Assembly: GCA_028534125.1 (NCBI GenBank)
Contig: CM052842.1
Span: 3,720,001-3,784,000 of the forward strand
DNA: 64,000 bases
Reading direction: 5' to 3'
Source of the DNA: Lama glama
Taxonomy: Eukaryota
The notes beneath the pieces were generated by a model that was not told the DNA's origin, searched no databases, and worked only from the letters and a program-made list of their open reading frames with translations. The translations under genes were made by a program, and so were the position numbers. Shown here one piece after another: positions 12,201 through 24,200 of the stretch. Numbering within the stretch: the first letter of the stretch is position 1; each line of letters opens with the position of its first letter.

Positions 12201-15200
12201 TTTCATCCACCAAGTAGCTTTGGGCCTTTGATGACATCACTCTAGCTGTTGTGTCCTCTTCTGCTTTATTCCTTACTTGGAGGTCATCATCATCAACATC
12301 ATCTCCTACATAAATCTGCTGTGAGGGTTAAGTGAGTTGATGCAGAAAGCACTGTTCTGTGAAGCCTTAGTAAGCCCAATATTGATATCAATTGTTATTT
12401 CTGTCTTTTTTTTTTAAATCCCCAGCAGCACCTAGCTCAGGGCTTTCTGCAGAGTAGTCGCTCCCTAAATATTCATTGGGTTGCATCAGATCGAGAACCT
12501 GGCTTCAGTGGCTTCTGTTGAGAATGGAAAATTTTGAGTTTGTGTTTAGCAATCCCAGGGAGAGGAAAATGTGTCCCATTCTCAAAATGGAAACAGCGTG
12601 GAGCATCCAGATGCATCCAAATGCTGGAGTTGTGGAGGAAGCAGGCATCTTTTCATTCTTTCCCCAAGATAAAGCAGGTTCTGGTAGCTTTATCAATGTC
12701 TGCTTGAGAGTAAGGAAGAAAGGCCAGCTGGGCAGATCAAATGCAAGGCATTTCTTGATGCTTAATGCAAACTCACCTCTGCACAGTCTTCCCTTGATGT
12801 GTGCCCCAAGCTCACTGGAATAATTCTTGTGAGGAAGGGAGATTTAAACCTTTAATTACTGCAGTTTGTTCATACATGTATTCATTTTTATGCTGTTATT
12901 TAGAGAAAGGACATTAAACCTAAGTGCAGTTGCAATAATTAATAATTATGCAAAACTTGGCAATGGTAGCTGTTGTATGTTTATTGAAGATGAGGAAATT
13001 CAAGTGCAGAGAGGGAATTTCTGGCCCAGATTCACCCATAAAGTTGGTGATAGAGTCACAGTTAGAGCTGAATTTTGCATTTTCCCAGTCACATTCCATG
13101 CCATGTTCTAAGTGACATCAGTATACATCCGAGTGTAAATCAGGGCGCTGTCAGGAGGTCCAGGTGCTGTGTCAGGGCGTTTGTACCCATGGTTCATGTG
13201 GTCCTCACAGCCACTCAGTAGGTCAGTATATTACCCTCACTTTGGGTATTGAGTTAACTGAGGTTCAGGGATGTCAAGGGACTTGTCTGAGTTCAGACAG
13301 TAGATACACAGTGGCAGGTTAGGGGGCAGGATTGTAATTAGATCAGTGTGACCCCTTCCTGTGCCAGTTTTCCTTGCTTAATGGAAATTACTCTTTCATA
13401 AACAATTTCATCTACTTGTTCATACTGTCATCTTGCATATCACTGTTGACTGAGAGTCAGGTAACCCCAGCCAGTTATCACCGAGCCAGCAAGATGTAGG
13501 GGAAAAGGCACCAGGATTAGAGCTAAAGACACTTGGGTTCCAGACGCGTCTCTCGTGTGCACTTCATGCAGGGCACTAGTGCAGAGCGCTTGATCCTTAC
13601 TGTACTCACCGTTGAAGCACGGATGGCAGTGCCTATGTCTGGGTCAGTGAGCATACCTAGTTAGATCAGACAGATGCACGTGTTTTAAAAGTGTTGCAGA
13701 TTTGAGGGAGCAGGATGCTTTCCCCCTTGACCTCCCAGTTTCCCCATAGAATGGGATGGTATTTTCCCATCCAGTGAGAGTGAGGGAGCAAAGTATATCC
13801 TGCAGTGTTTACTTTGTATTTACCATCGTCTGTCTCTCTTTTTCTCCCCTTCTCCTCTTCCTAAAGGGGCTTACGGGTCCGGAAGGCAAGGATGGACCTC
13901 CTGGTTTGCAAGGTCTCCGAGTAAGTAAATTATCTTTCCTTCCTGATGCCCCAATTCAACCACACTGCCCCCCCATTTTAGCAGCTCAGAGAGAGCAGAT
14001 GATGCCTGTCTCATGAGCGTGGAATGAATATTGGAATTTGATTGAGTTCATCAAAGATGATTGAGGATGGACTGTGTGTTCAGCCTTGAGTTGAGTCCTG
14101 GGTCATCTCCTGGAGGTGAGTCTGTGTCTGCCATGAGTCAGGTATATGGAAACTCACATCCCCGTGTGGTCAGAGCCCCAGCAGAAGGAAGCCCAGTACC
14201 AAGAGAACGCAGAGAAGGGGAAACTGACCCAACCTGGGGGCTAGCCAGGGCTTCCTGAAAGGTGATGTTTGAGCTAAGTCTTGAGGAAAGAGAAAAAGAA
14301 ATAGCAGCAAAAGAATAGAGGTCTGCCTGTAGGCTATTAGATATTTTAAAAACCTATTGTTTTTAATATCATAATTTCTTACGGTGTTTAATTTAATTAG
14401 CATTTGTCTTAGTCCAGAGTGTGAGATGGACAGTGTCATAGATCTGCTGTGGGTTCACGCTGTCTAAGGGGGTTGGGCGCACTCTCTGACCGCACTGTGC
14501 ATCTCCAGCTCTGAAATCAGGTGACCTGCTTTTATGACTCAGCACAAAATTCAGCCTGTCTTTATTCACCAATGAACATCCTCCTTTGATTTCCAGATAC
14601 CTCTGCATCCTACAACCATCCTGAACTCTCAAGACTCTAAGAGGCACTTACTTTGAAGGCCACCTGGGGTGTGGCAAGGTGTCACGAGGGAAGGCTGGGT
14701 GGGAGAAGTCACTTACCCCTCTAGGAGACCTTGGGTGTGTCACCGCCCCCTGGGCATCACCGGCCCCAGACGCCAAGTCCCCATCCACCAGATGGGTCAA
14801 AGCCGGGTTGCCTGCTCCTCTGTAAAGCGTGAGATCCTGGACTTTGTGGCAAGATGCACCCAGGTCTGAAGCTTAGCTCTGCTTCTCCGCAGTTGTGTGA
14901 CCCTTCCAGTCACCCAGCCTCTCTGAGCCTGTTAAGCCGGCTGAGCTGTGAGGAAAAGTGCCCAGTGTGGGGCGTGGCCTGTTGTGGGCAGCACGATGTG
15001 GCAGCTGTCACGGGCCTCATTCTCCCAGCACGCTCAGGCAGGGTCTTAAGAGACAGCAGCAGCCTTGTACATCATGTGATTGGCAGCTAGGCGACCCGTA
15101 TTTCATCTTGCCTTGAACTACTCCAAGTGTTATTCCTAGTATGGTGTTAGCTGGTGAGTGGACTCCTGATACAAAAATGACTGTGAAGTTTTTTTTAAAA

Positions 15201-18200
15201 TCTTTGTCTTTATTTCATTGGCTCTTACTAAGCAGGGGAGGGGACATACCTTGCCTGGAGCTTGCTTGTCGAGGCCCACGCTTCCTTGGCCGTGGCTTCT
15301 TGGCACCTCAGAAGGGATTCATGTGTTCCCCAGGGCTGGCTGTGGCCCTCCCCAGAAACACCTCTCACCCTAGGAGTAACACGCGCCCCCGTGCGGTGGG
15401 GGCTGGGGAGTGGACACGCACTGAGACTGGAGATGTGAGCGGGGATCCGGGGGGACCCAGAGAGGCAGCCAGGGTGGAGAGGAGGTGCGGACCGGGGTAG
15501 GTGTGGTATTATCGAGTCCTTGAGCCCCAGCTAAGCGCCAGACCTCACAGCAGTCCTGGGCCTCCCACCCCCTTTCCTCAGACGAAGGGCAGGCTCTGGG
15601 GCAGCAAAGCCATGCTTGCCTCTCAGGGATGCACACCCAGGACGCACACCCAGGAGCGTGTCTCTTGAGGGCCCGACTTCTGTCCTCCCTTCCTCCCTTC
15701 TGCGCGTCAGTCTGTCAGCAAAGCTCACATCTGCCCTTACGGAACATGGGCATTCTGCTCGATGCTCCGGGAATTGAGATGAAGCCCTCAACCACCAGGA
15801 GCTCACAGCCTGGGGACTGGAGATGTGTGAGTGGATACCCGGGTGCCTGAGTGGGGACAATGAAGCCTGTGGGTGGAGATAGAGAGGGCAGCAGGGCTGG
15901 GGACAGGGAAGGTGGCATTTGAGGCGGCCTTGCTGGAGTGAGTTGATGCCAGCAGGAATTGAGGGGGGCACTGCAGAGAGTAATTCAGAATCGGGGAGTT
16001 CCCCCAACCCCCCGGAAAGGACGTCCTGTCTCCGGACACCTGTTCGTGTCCATCCGCTTTTATCCAGCTCAGAAGTGCATCTGCTTAAGTAAAAGGTCCG
16101 TGGACACGGCTTCTAGTTCAGGCTCTGCCAGCATCCTGCTGGGGACCCTGGACCACTTCCTCGTCCTTTCCCTTCTCTGTTTCTCTTTTCTTCTCCTGTC
16201 TTTGCTGTTTCTCTTTCTACGAGCCCATCCCTGTATCTTTTTCCCCCTCCCTTTTCCTTCCTGCCACAAATTCACTCATTCAACAAACATTTCTTCAGCA
16301 TCTGCGGGGTGTTAGGGGTTGCTCTGTGTAAGTGGGTCCCTCAGTGAGAAGAATAAAGATCCCTTCCTTCCAGATGCGCACATTCTGGCAGGCAAGGGAA
16401 AAACACAGAATAATTGGCATTTAAGTAAGTGATGCAGGAGAGCCCTATTAAGAAAGTCCTATCTGAGTGGGTTCTGGGGAGGTGAGGGAGCTGGGGAGAG
16501 CAGACCAGGCAGAGGAGACAGACAGCAGGTGCCAAGGCCCTGAGGCAGGTGTGCTCCTGTGTCTGAGCAGAGAGCCCTGTGTGGTAGAGCAGGCGTGGGC
16601 CCAGCAGGAGGGGGCAAAGCCCTAGAAACTGGGAGCCAATTCATGTTGGGCTTTGTGGGCCATTGTGAGGATTTTGGCTTTTCCTGGGTGTGAAATGTGG
16701 GGCTATTGAGCGTTTTCAAAAATGTTTTATTATGAAAAACACATATACAAAAATAGAATAGTGAAATAAACGCCTATGTACCCCAAACCCATTTCAACAC
16801 TTATCAAGTCACTGGCCAAGGGGTGTAATTTGTACCCACCCCAAGGACAGCTTGAAGTAGTCCCAAACACGACCGCATCATTGTGTCTGTAAGTATTTCG
16901 GTGTATACCGCTAAAAGCTAAGGGGAGTGAAAGGAGGAAGGCATCATCCCCGCGTCCCACCTGAGTCCATGAGAAGGCTTCACAGTGAGCTCATTTTGTG
17001 TTCACAGTGTCCCTGGCTGCCTCACACGTTCCTGGTTGCAGTTTGTTCTCCGCAGGGTTTGGGGTGCAGAAGTGGTGGTGGCCCGGGTTACATTCTAAAC
17101 ACATCCATCTGGCTGCCGTGTTGAGAACAGACTGCAGGGGGAGGAGCCGGATTGGGAGATGATGGCAGAGATCAAAGAGGAAGGGTGGGGCCCAGGCCCG
17201 GGCAGCGCTGGGAGGGGCATCCGTCCCAGACCGGGAGGTACATCAGGCAGAGGACACGGGGACGGGGCAGAGCCTGCCACCTGGAAGACCCAGGTCCAGC
17301 AGGGGATGGAGAGCCAGGAGTCACAGGGCCGGGTGGTGGGGGTGTGCATGCAGGGCGTGCCGGAGCCCAGGGGAGAGCTGCGCTCTCGGCCTGCTTCCTG
17401 CAGTGGACGGAGGGCGGTGACTGCGTGTGTCTCTGGGGTGCTCGTCCCTCCACTGTCACGGATGGTCTCCTGACTTCAGCTCTTCCGCCTGGTGGGTGTT
17501 GCTAGTCAGTGGCTTTCCCTGTGGAAAGACAGAGCGGAGACAGGCGGTGATGTCGGTGTGGGCTCAGAAGCAGCCTCTGGCTGAGTCACGAAGACCTGAG
17601 GCAGAATGATGACTTACTCAGAAAATTCTCTCTCCCTCCCTCATGGTGACCTGCCGGCTCCTCCTCGTCACCTTCAATTGAAATGTCACTCTGAAGAGCT
17701 CCTTAATGTCAGGGTGCGCACTCGGGCTGTGACGGGGAGCGCACAAGGCAATGACCAGCCCCGGGGACCTGGGAGCTGAGACACTGATACTGAAATACAG
17801 GGTGGGAGAGGGGCGCTTTGTTTCAGAGATGAGCAGCAGGCAGGTGGTACGGTCCCTGGCAAAGTGAGTACATTCATTTTGGACGAAGCTGGTCTTTTTC
17901 CACGATGACGTAGTGAAAAGGGAGGATCAGGAGCGCGGCTCCCTACGCCCCATCTGCGTCCCGCAGAGCCTGGGAGATGCAGGCCCCCACCCTCACTGAG
18001 GATGTTAGGCGCCCTCTGTCTGGCTGGGTTCCCCGCCTTGGACGGAGGCAGAGGAGGTACTGAAACCATCTCTGAGGTTGTCGCGTCCTCCTGCTTGTCT
18101 GAGGGGGGCGCTGGGGAGAGCCTGGTCTGGGTGCAGTGTCTCAGCTGGAGTGGGCAGTGCTGCAGTGGCATCTGGACCTGGAACTTTCCAAAGTAGAACC

Positions 18201-21200
18201 AGCCTGGCTCAAGGCTGCCGAGGCCCTTGGACACACAAAAGCCTCCATGAGGTTGATTTTTCAAAAAAAAAAAACCTCTTGCACCCTAATCACCCACCCC
18301 AAAAATAGACCTCTGTCTATTCTGATTTTCTGTGGAAGACTTTTATTTTTCTTACTTGAGAATTTGTTTTATTTTTGTTTTCTTCACTAAAATGTAAGTC
18401 GTGAGAACAGTATTTTTGTGTTTGCAGCACTTCGAGGAGTGCCTCTCACTTAGAACGCGTATATTTTTATACACACGTTAAAATAAATACAAAAATAATA
18501 TACATAAGCATATAAAATATGCATAAACATATAATGGCTGTAATGAGGGTCTCACAATTAGGGTGCAAGGGTCACACGAATGCTGCTCTCCGGGCGGCTG
18601 GCACTTGGGTGGCGTGGGGAGGACTGCACATCTGGTCAGCGGGGCTCTGTCCGCCAACACAGGAGGCCCGACTTTCTCTTTAACCTTTGCGCCACCTTTC
18701 CCCGTTTCTTCCACCTCCTACGCCTGCCTCCTCTGTCAGCCACCAGTCTGTGCTTTGTATCTATGAGTTCCTTTTTATTTTTTTTAGAGTCCACGTTGTT
18801 AGTGAGATCCCGTGGGATTTGCCTTTCTCTGTCTGGCGTATTCCACTTCGCGTAACGCCCTCAGGTTTCCTCCGTGGTGTGAATGGCGAGGTGGCCTTCT
18901 TTCCGTGGCTGCGTGCGGCTCCACTGCACGCATGCCGTGTTTCCTTTATCCACTGTCGCATCCGCGGACGCCTGGGTGGCTTCCGCGTCCTGGCTGTTGT
19001 CAGTAGTGCTGCAGAGAGCAGGGGGTGGAGATGCCTTTTCAGGTTAGTGTTTTCACTTCCTTTGGGTAAACACGCAGAGTCGGGGTTGCTGGCTCATGTG
19101 GTAGTTCTGTTCTGTGGGGGACCCTCCGTGCCGCACCAGTTTACCTCCCCACCAGCCATGTGCAAGGGCTCCCTTTTCTCCACACTCTCGCCGACACCTG
19201 TTGTCCTTGTCGTTTTGGTCACAGCCGTTCTAACGAGCGTGAGGTGGCATCTGCCTGAGGTCTTGCTTTGCACCTCCCTGATGATGAGGGATGTTGAGTT
19301 GAGCACCTTCTCCTGTGCTGTTGGTCGTCTGTATGTCCAGAAGGCACAATTTTAAAGAGCAAAACTCGGTTTCTTTTGTTCCTTCACTTTTACTTCCCTT
19401 TTTCTTACTCTGGTACCCTCGTCCCACCTGAAATAGCCCAGAGACCATCTTTCCTGTCTGGACAAAAAGGAGGGGAAAAGAAGTTTTGCTTAAGAGAACT
19501 CTATGCTGTCAGGCCTTCAAAGTGAATGTAAAATTTGGAATGTATAAACTATAGACTTGTCATGATGGAAGAAATGTCTGAGACTGTGAGATTTTTCTCA
19601 CAGTCAGAGACAAATTTAAGACTCACAGTGAAAAACTGAATGTCCAGAAATATTACCTGACCTACTGGCTCCAGTCACTCAGGGATTTGTCATTTGTCAC
19701 TGCCCTTTCCACAGGCTGGGCACAGTCTCTTCATTTCCTTTAATCATTTTCTTAATATCTTTTGGTTTCTCTTCTCTCTTATCAAAAGCTGAGAACTGAA
19801 GAAGTGACCCTGTGGGGCATGGTGTCCCCCTTCTCACTGAAGACAGAGCAACCCCGTGTCTCCTGGTGTCCATTGTGTCCTTGGCTTTAAAAACACATTT
19901 CAAAAACAGAAGCTATCTCTACATGTATAGAACTAAATAAGTTAGGAAGGAAATTACGTTGGTTGAATCATCATTGCATAGCAGGCACTTAGCTCTTTTT
20001 TTTTTCATATAAGTTTCTCACTTAATTCCTATAAGGACCTATGAGATGTGGCAGCCCTGATCCCACTGTGCAAATGAGGATACCAAGAATGGAAGGGATG
20101 AGCCGGATTCCCCAGTGACACACAGACTGTGAATGGTGAGGCCGGGATTAGAACTCAGGTCCTCCTGGCTCCAGAACTTTACTCTTTTTGCTTTAAGATG
20201 GTGTGTGTTTGTATGTGTGTCCATGTACACACCACAGTTCTAAACCAGACACTAGCAGTCCTTTCAGCAGAAGCCTTGGTGAGAAAGAGGGAGGACCCTT
20301 AGTAACTGAGAGCGCCCGTTCTGTCGGACGCACTGAACACCTGTCACGTTAAGCTCTGGCTGCTGCCCTTTGTTCTGCTGCAGGCGGCCAGGCCCATCAG
20401 CTCCCATTCCTGATGCACCTGCGAGAGAGGAGCGCGGAAGTCTTTTGTCAGTGGCAACCTGGGTTGAATTTGTTTTACTTTTCAATTTTCAAAGCCTTTT
20501 TTCTGGCCTTTGCCTGCTTTACCAGATGGTAGCAGCATCATTTGGATTGCAGGCTACTGTTTGATTCATATCGTGGCACGAAGCCCGAGTTTATTTCAGG
20601 ACTCTAGGTTTTCCCTGAGCACCTGGTTTCAGCTCTAACCAGTAGAAAATAATCACGTTTGACATTTGGAGGCATGGAGAACAGGAGCTGAGCAAAAAGA
20701 CCATACGGCACATATTAGAATCACTTGCACAAGCAATCCTTTTATCTGATGACGGCCCCTCGCATGGCTGTGCTAACTCATCCTGGCTGGGAAGGAATTG
20801 CTGTTTTGAATTTACAGGCTCCCCTCTTCTCCATGGGCAGATAGGCAGTCTTGGAAATATTGGTCTTGCTCAGCATCCTGGCATCCAGAATGGCTTGAAA
20901 AATCTGCCCTCGTGATAAATTACAAACATTTATCCAGACATTGTGTTGGGTAGCAGTTTAAAAGAGAAGAAAAGAAAAATGACAAGAAACAAGCTTTTGG
21001 TTAGTAAAGCAGTTCTTTATTGCTACAGAACTTACTCTGGCCAGCACCTCCCAAATCCCCACACCCAAGTATAGATCCAGAACGCACAGGGTGTACAGCT
21101 GCTGCTTTGTCCAGCACCTCTAGAGCTACTATGTCCACCAAGTACTGCCGCTGTCACCACCAGTAACATTACCATCACCACCATCATCACCTCCACATCA

Positions 21201-24200
21201 TCGCCAACATTACTATCATCACCATCACCATCATCACCACCACCAACACCATCGCTACCAGCATTGCCATCATCACCTTCACTATCACCATCACCATCAT
21301 CACCACCACCATCACCAACATCAGCACCACCATCACCATCACGCGCTTCCCAATGTCAGGCCCTGTGCCGAGCACTTTGTGGGCACTGTCTCACGTCATC
21401 TCTGTGGCACTGCTGGGAGGTAGTGGTTTTGGAACCGCATCTACTTCACATGTGGTCTCTCACCCATTCCAGGGACTCAGGAGCCAGAATTCTGCTATAC
21501 CATTTCTTCTTCATAGCCTCCATCATCTTCCTTCTCATTCTCATCACTAACTATGACATTTTCACGATGCTCTGTATGCTTTATAAGTCACTTCCTCAAA
21601 CAGTGAATTTTTGGTACCACTATCTTTTCAGATAATTACATTGAATTATTTTCCACATGAGAAAACAAAGACCCAGCAATTTAAATGGCTTGCCCCTCCT
21701 TATCTACTGCAGATTTAGAACTCTTTCCTACAATATTGTAGAGGAAAGGGGTTGGGAAAAGAACATAGAGAATTCCTTTGATCGCACGAGTGGCCAAGTC
21801 CTCGTAACTACTTACTTAGAGCTTTATGCCCCATCCCTGGTCACTAACTCATGAGTTCTTCGGTGACACCTGGAATCTATCTCAGATACGTTTTTGCCAT
21901 ATTCTACCATTATTTCTCATTATTGCTGGGACTTCATGAAAGAGGTGGCACTGGATTGGGATGGGACTCTGACAGGTTGAGATGGAGCTGGATGCTACAG
22001 ACAGAGGTGGTGGCGTGGGCAAAGTCTCAGAGGCCAGGAGCCCTTGGGGGTCTTTGGGGCCAAGCTAAGCAGCCCACGTGAGCTGTTGCCTAGGGATGGT
22101 GGCATGGACACTGGGCACCAGACTAAACAGGCGTGTCAGAATTGCGTGGTCTGTCAGTTTCTGAATAAAGCAGCTCAGATGTTGTGTCTTTTGGAAAAGG
22201 AGGTGGCAGATAACTTGGACAGAGCTTTCTTCACGCTTATGGAGGAATAGCCTGCCAGCACAGGTTAGCCCAGGACAGTCTGGAGGGAAGGGACTGGGCG
22301 TGTGAGCAGGCTGGGCTCCCATGGTTTGGCTGTAGAAAGGGAGGGGGGAAAGCTTTGAGAGGCACGGGGTGCAGCTCTGGACGCTGGGTGGAGCAGGTGT
22401 GAATGCGTGGCTGGAGTGAGGGGGAGGAAGGGAGTACATGGACTGAGAAGACCTGGGGGGGTGGTCTTGGAAAGAAGGGGGACCATTAGTGTTTGCTTTA
22501 GTGAGCTGAGCGGTATCGCGGTGTTTGAGCAGAGGAGACATGACCTGGTGCATATTTTGAGAATGTAATTCTAGCTACTGTAGGGGGAAGTGATATGCAT
22601 GGGCTGGAAGTGAGGGAGGGTGACTGTTTGGGGGGCCCTGCAGGGGTCCAGGAGGGGGCCCCCGGGGGCGTGGGTGATGGTGAGCACCGATCACAGGTTT
22701 GACCAGCCTTGCTCCATGCTCCCGGTCACCTGCAGAGTCAGCACAGAGCCCAACATGTCCACGGTCACCTGGAGTCTCCGACCTCTCGGGTTCCAGCTAT
22801 GTCACCTGCGAGACCTTGTCCTGAACCTCAGTTCCCACACCTTCTGGTGGGACTGAGAACACCTGCCTCACAGGGGCGTCTCGCAGAGGAAAGTTGAGAG
22901 GAACAAGCGGGAAAACCCAAAAGGAGGGTTTGGCACAAGATGGGTCCTCAGGGAATGTGATTCTTACTCAGATTCTTGTTTTACTTTGAATTCTGATTGC
23001 AGTGCTTTGACTTCATGAGGGCACTGTAAGGAAGAAAGCAAGCAGGCCGGCATCCGTCCTTCAGATGCTCCTGTAATACAGGCCGTGTGCTGTGTGAATT
23101 AAACTAAGCCACACACCCCTCGCCCCCGCTCCCAGGGACAGACTCTGAGGCTTAGTGAGGCGGGTCACCCCCACGGGAGGACCCCACACGGCAGCCTGAG
23201 TCTTAACAGCAAAAGGGCAAGTGGCCCAAAGAACCTACCTGTCCCTGAGTAGGGGCTGTTGAAATGATCACATTTTATCTTTATGGGGAAGACTGCGTAG
23301 CTGTGAAAAGGGGTGGAGCGACCGTCCACATGCGAGTGCAGGCTGCATCCCAGAGAAGCTGTCACGTGAAAAAGGCAAAGTTCATCAGCAGACTGTTTGA
23401 CTTGCTATAGGTCGTAAAGGAGCAAAGGGGGAGAGGGAGAGAACGTGTGTGCACACGTGTACATATGTGTACACGTGTGCATACGTGTGTGCAAAGCTTG
23501 CCTAAACATAAAGTGCTGGAAAAGCCAACCATCTGGTGGGATTGGTTGCCTCCAGGGAAAGGGACTGAGTGGCAGGGGACAGGATAAGGACCTTTTTCTC
23601 GGGTAAAATTTGCTGAACTTTTTGAATTTGGGGCCACGTGTTACCAAAATCACCCAAGTTACAGAATTGGGATCCAGGGGGCACCTCCGTGACCCCAGAC
23701 TTCTTCCCTGATCCCGCACTGCTTCCCTGCAGGGCACCCCGAGGGGATGGCCTGATAATCGGAGTTTCCGCTGAGGTGTACTCTTAGCCGGGTGCTGGGC
23801 GCTGCTGGTCTTGGCCGTTAATTTTGGCTTCTTCTTTTGCCCTCAGGGGAAGAAAGGTGAGACGGGCCCTCCTGGAACCCCTGGACTGCTGGGGCCGCAG
23901 GTAACCACTGTCTTTAAATCCCCTTCCATAGCAACGCTGCTTTCTCTGATTAAATGAAGGCTCAGTAGCAGTTCTCAGGTTGGTAACCAGATTCTTGCAC
24001 GGCCACCTCATCAGAGCATTAAAAAGAATATCCGGTGGGTCGTTTGTCCTCCCTTGTCCCTTGCTCCCCCTGCCTCCCAGCTCAGGCGCTGGCACAGCGG
24101 CCACTGTTTGGTCTCCTGTAGGGGTTTAGGTCTAGAGGAGGCCAGACCCAGACAAGCGGTGACAAAAGCGATGCCCAGTGTTACAAGAAAGGGAAACAGT

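Noticed and set aside
17041-17060. Acceptor-like gtttgttctccgcag resembling the 9499 exon acceptor
   Set aside because: No Gly-X-Y frame or matching donor follows; it lies at an L1/L2 junction.
18687-19355. 222-aa plus-strand ORF
   Set aside because: Antisense reading of a decayed L1; stop codons were lost through GC enrichment.
21187-21635. Met/Val-rich and Ser/Pro-rich ORFs
   Set aside because: Artefacts of the (CAC/CAT)n repeat.
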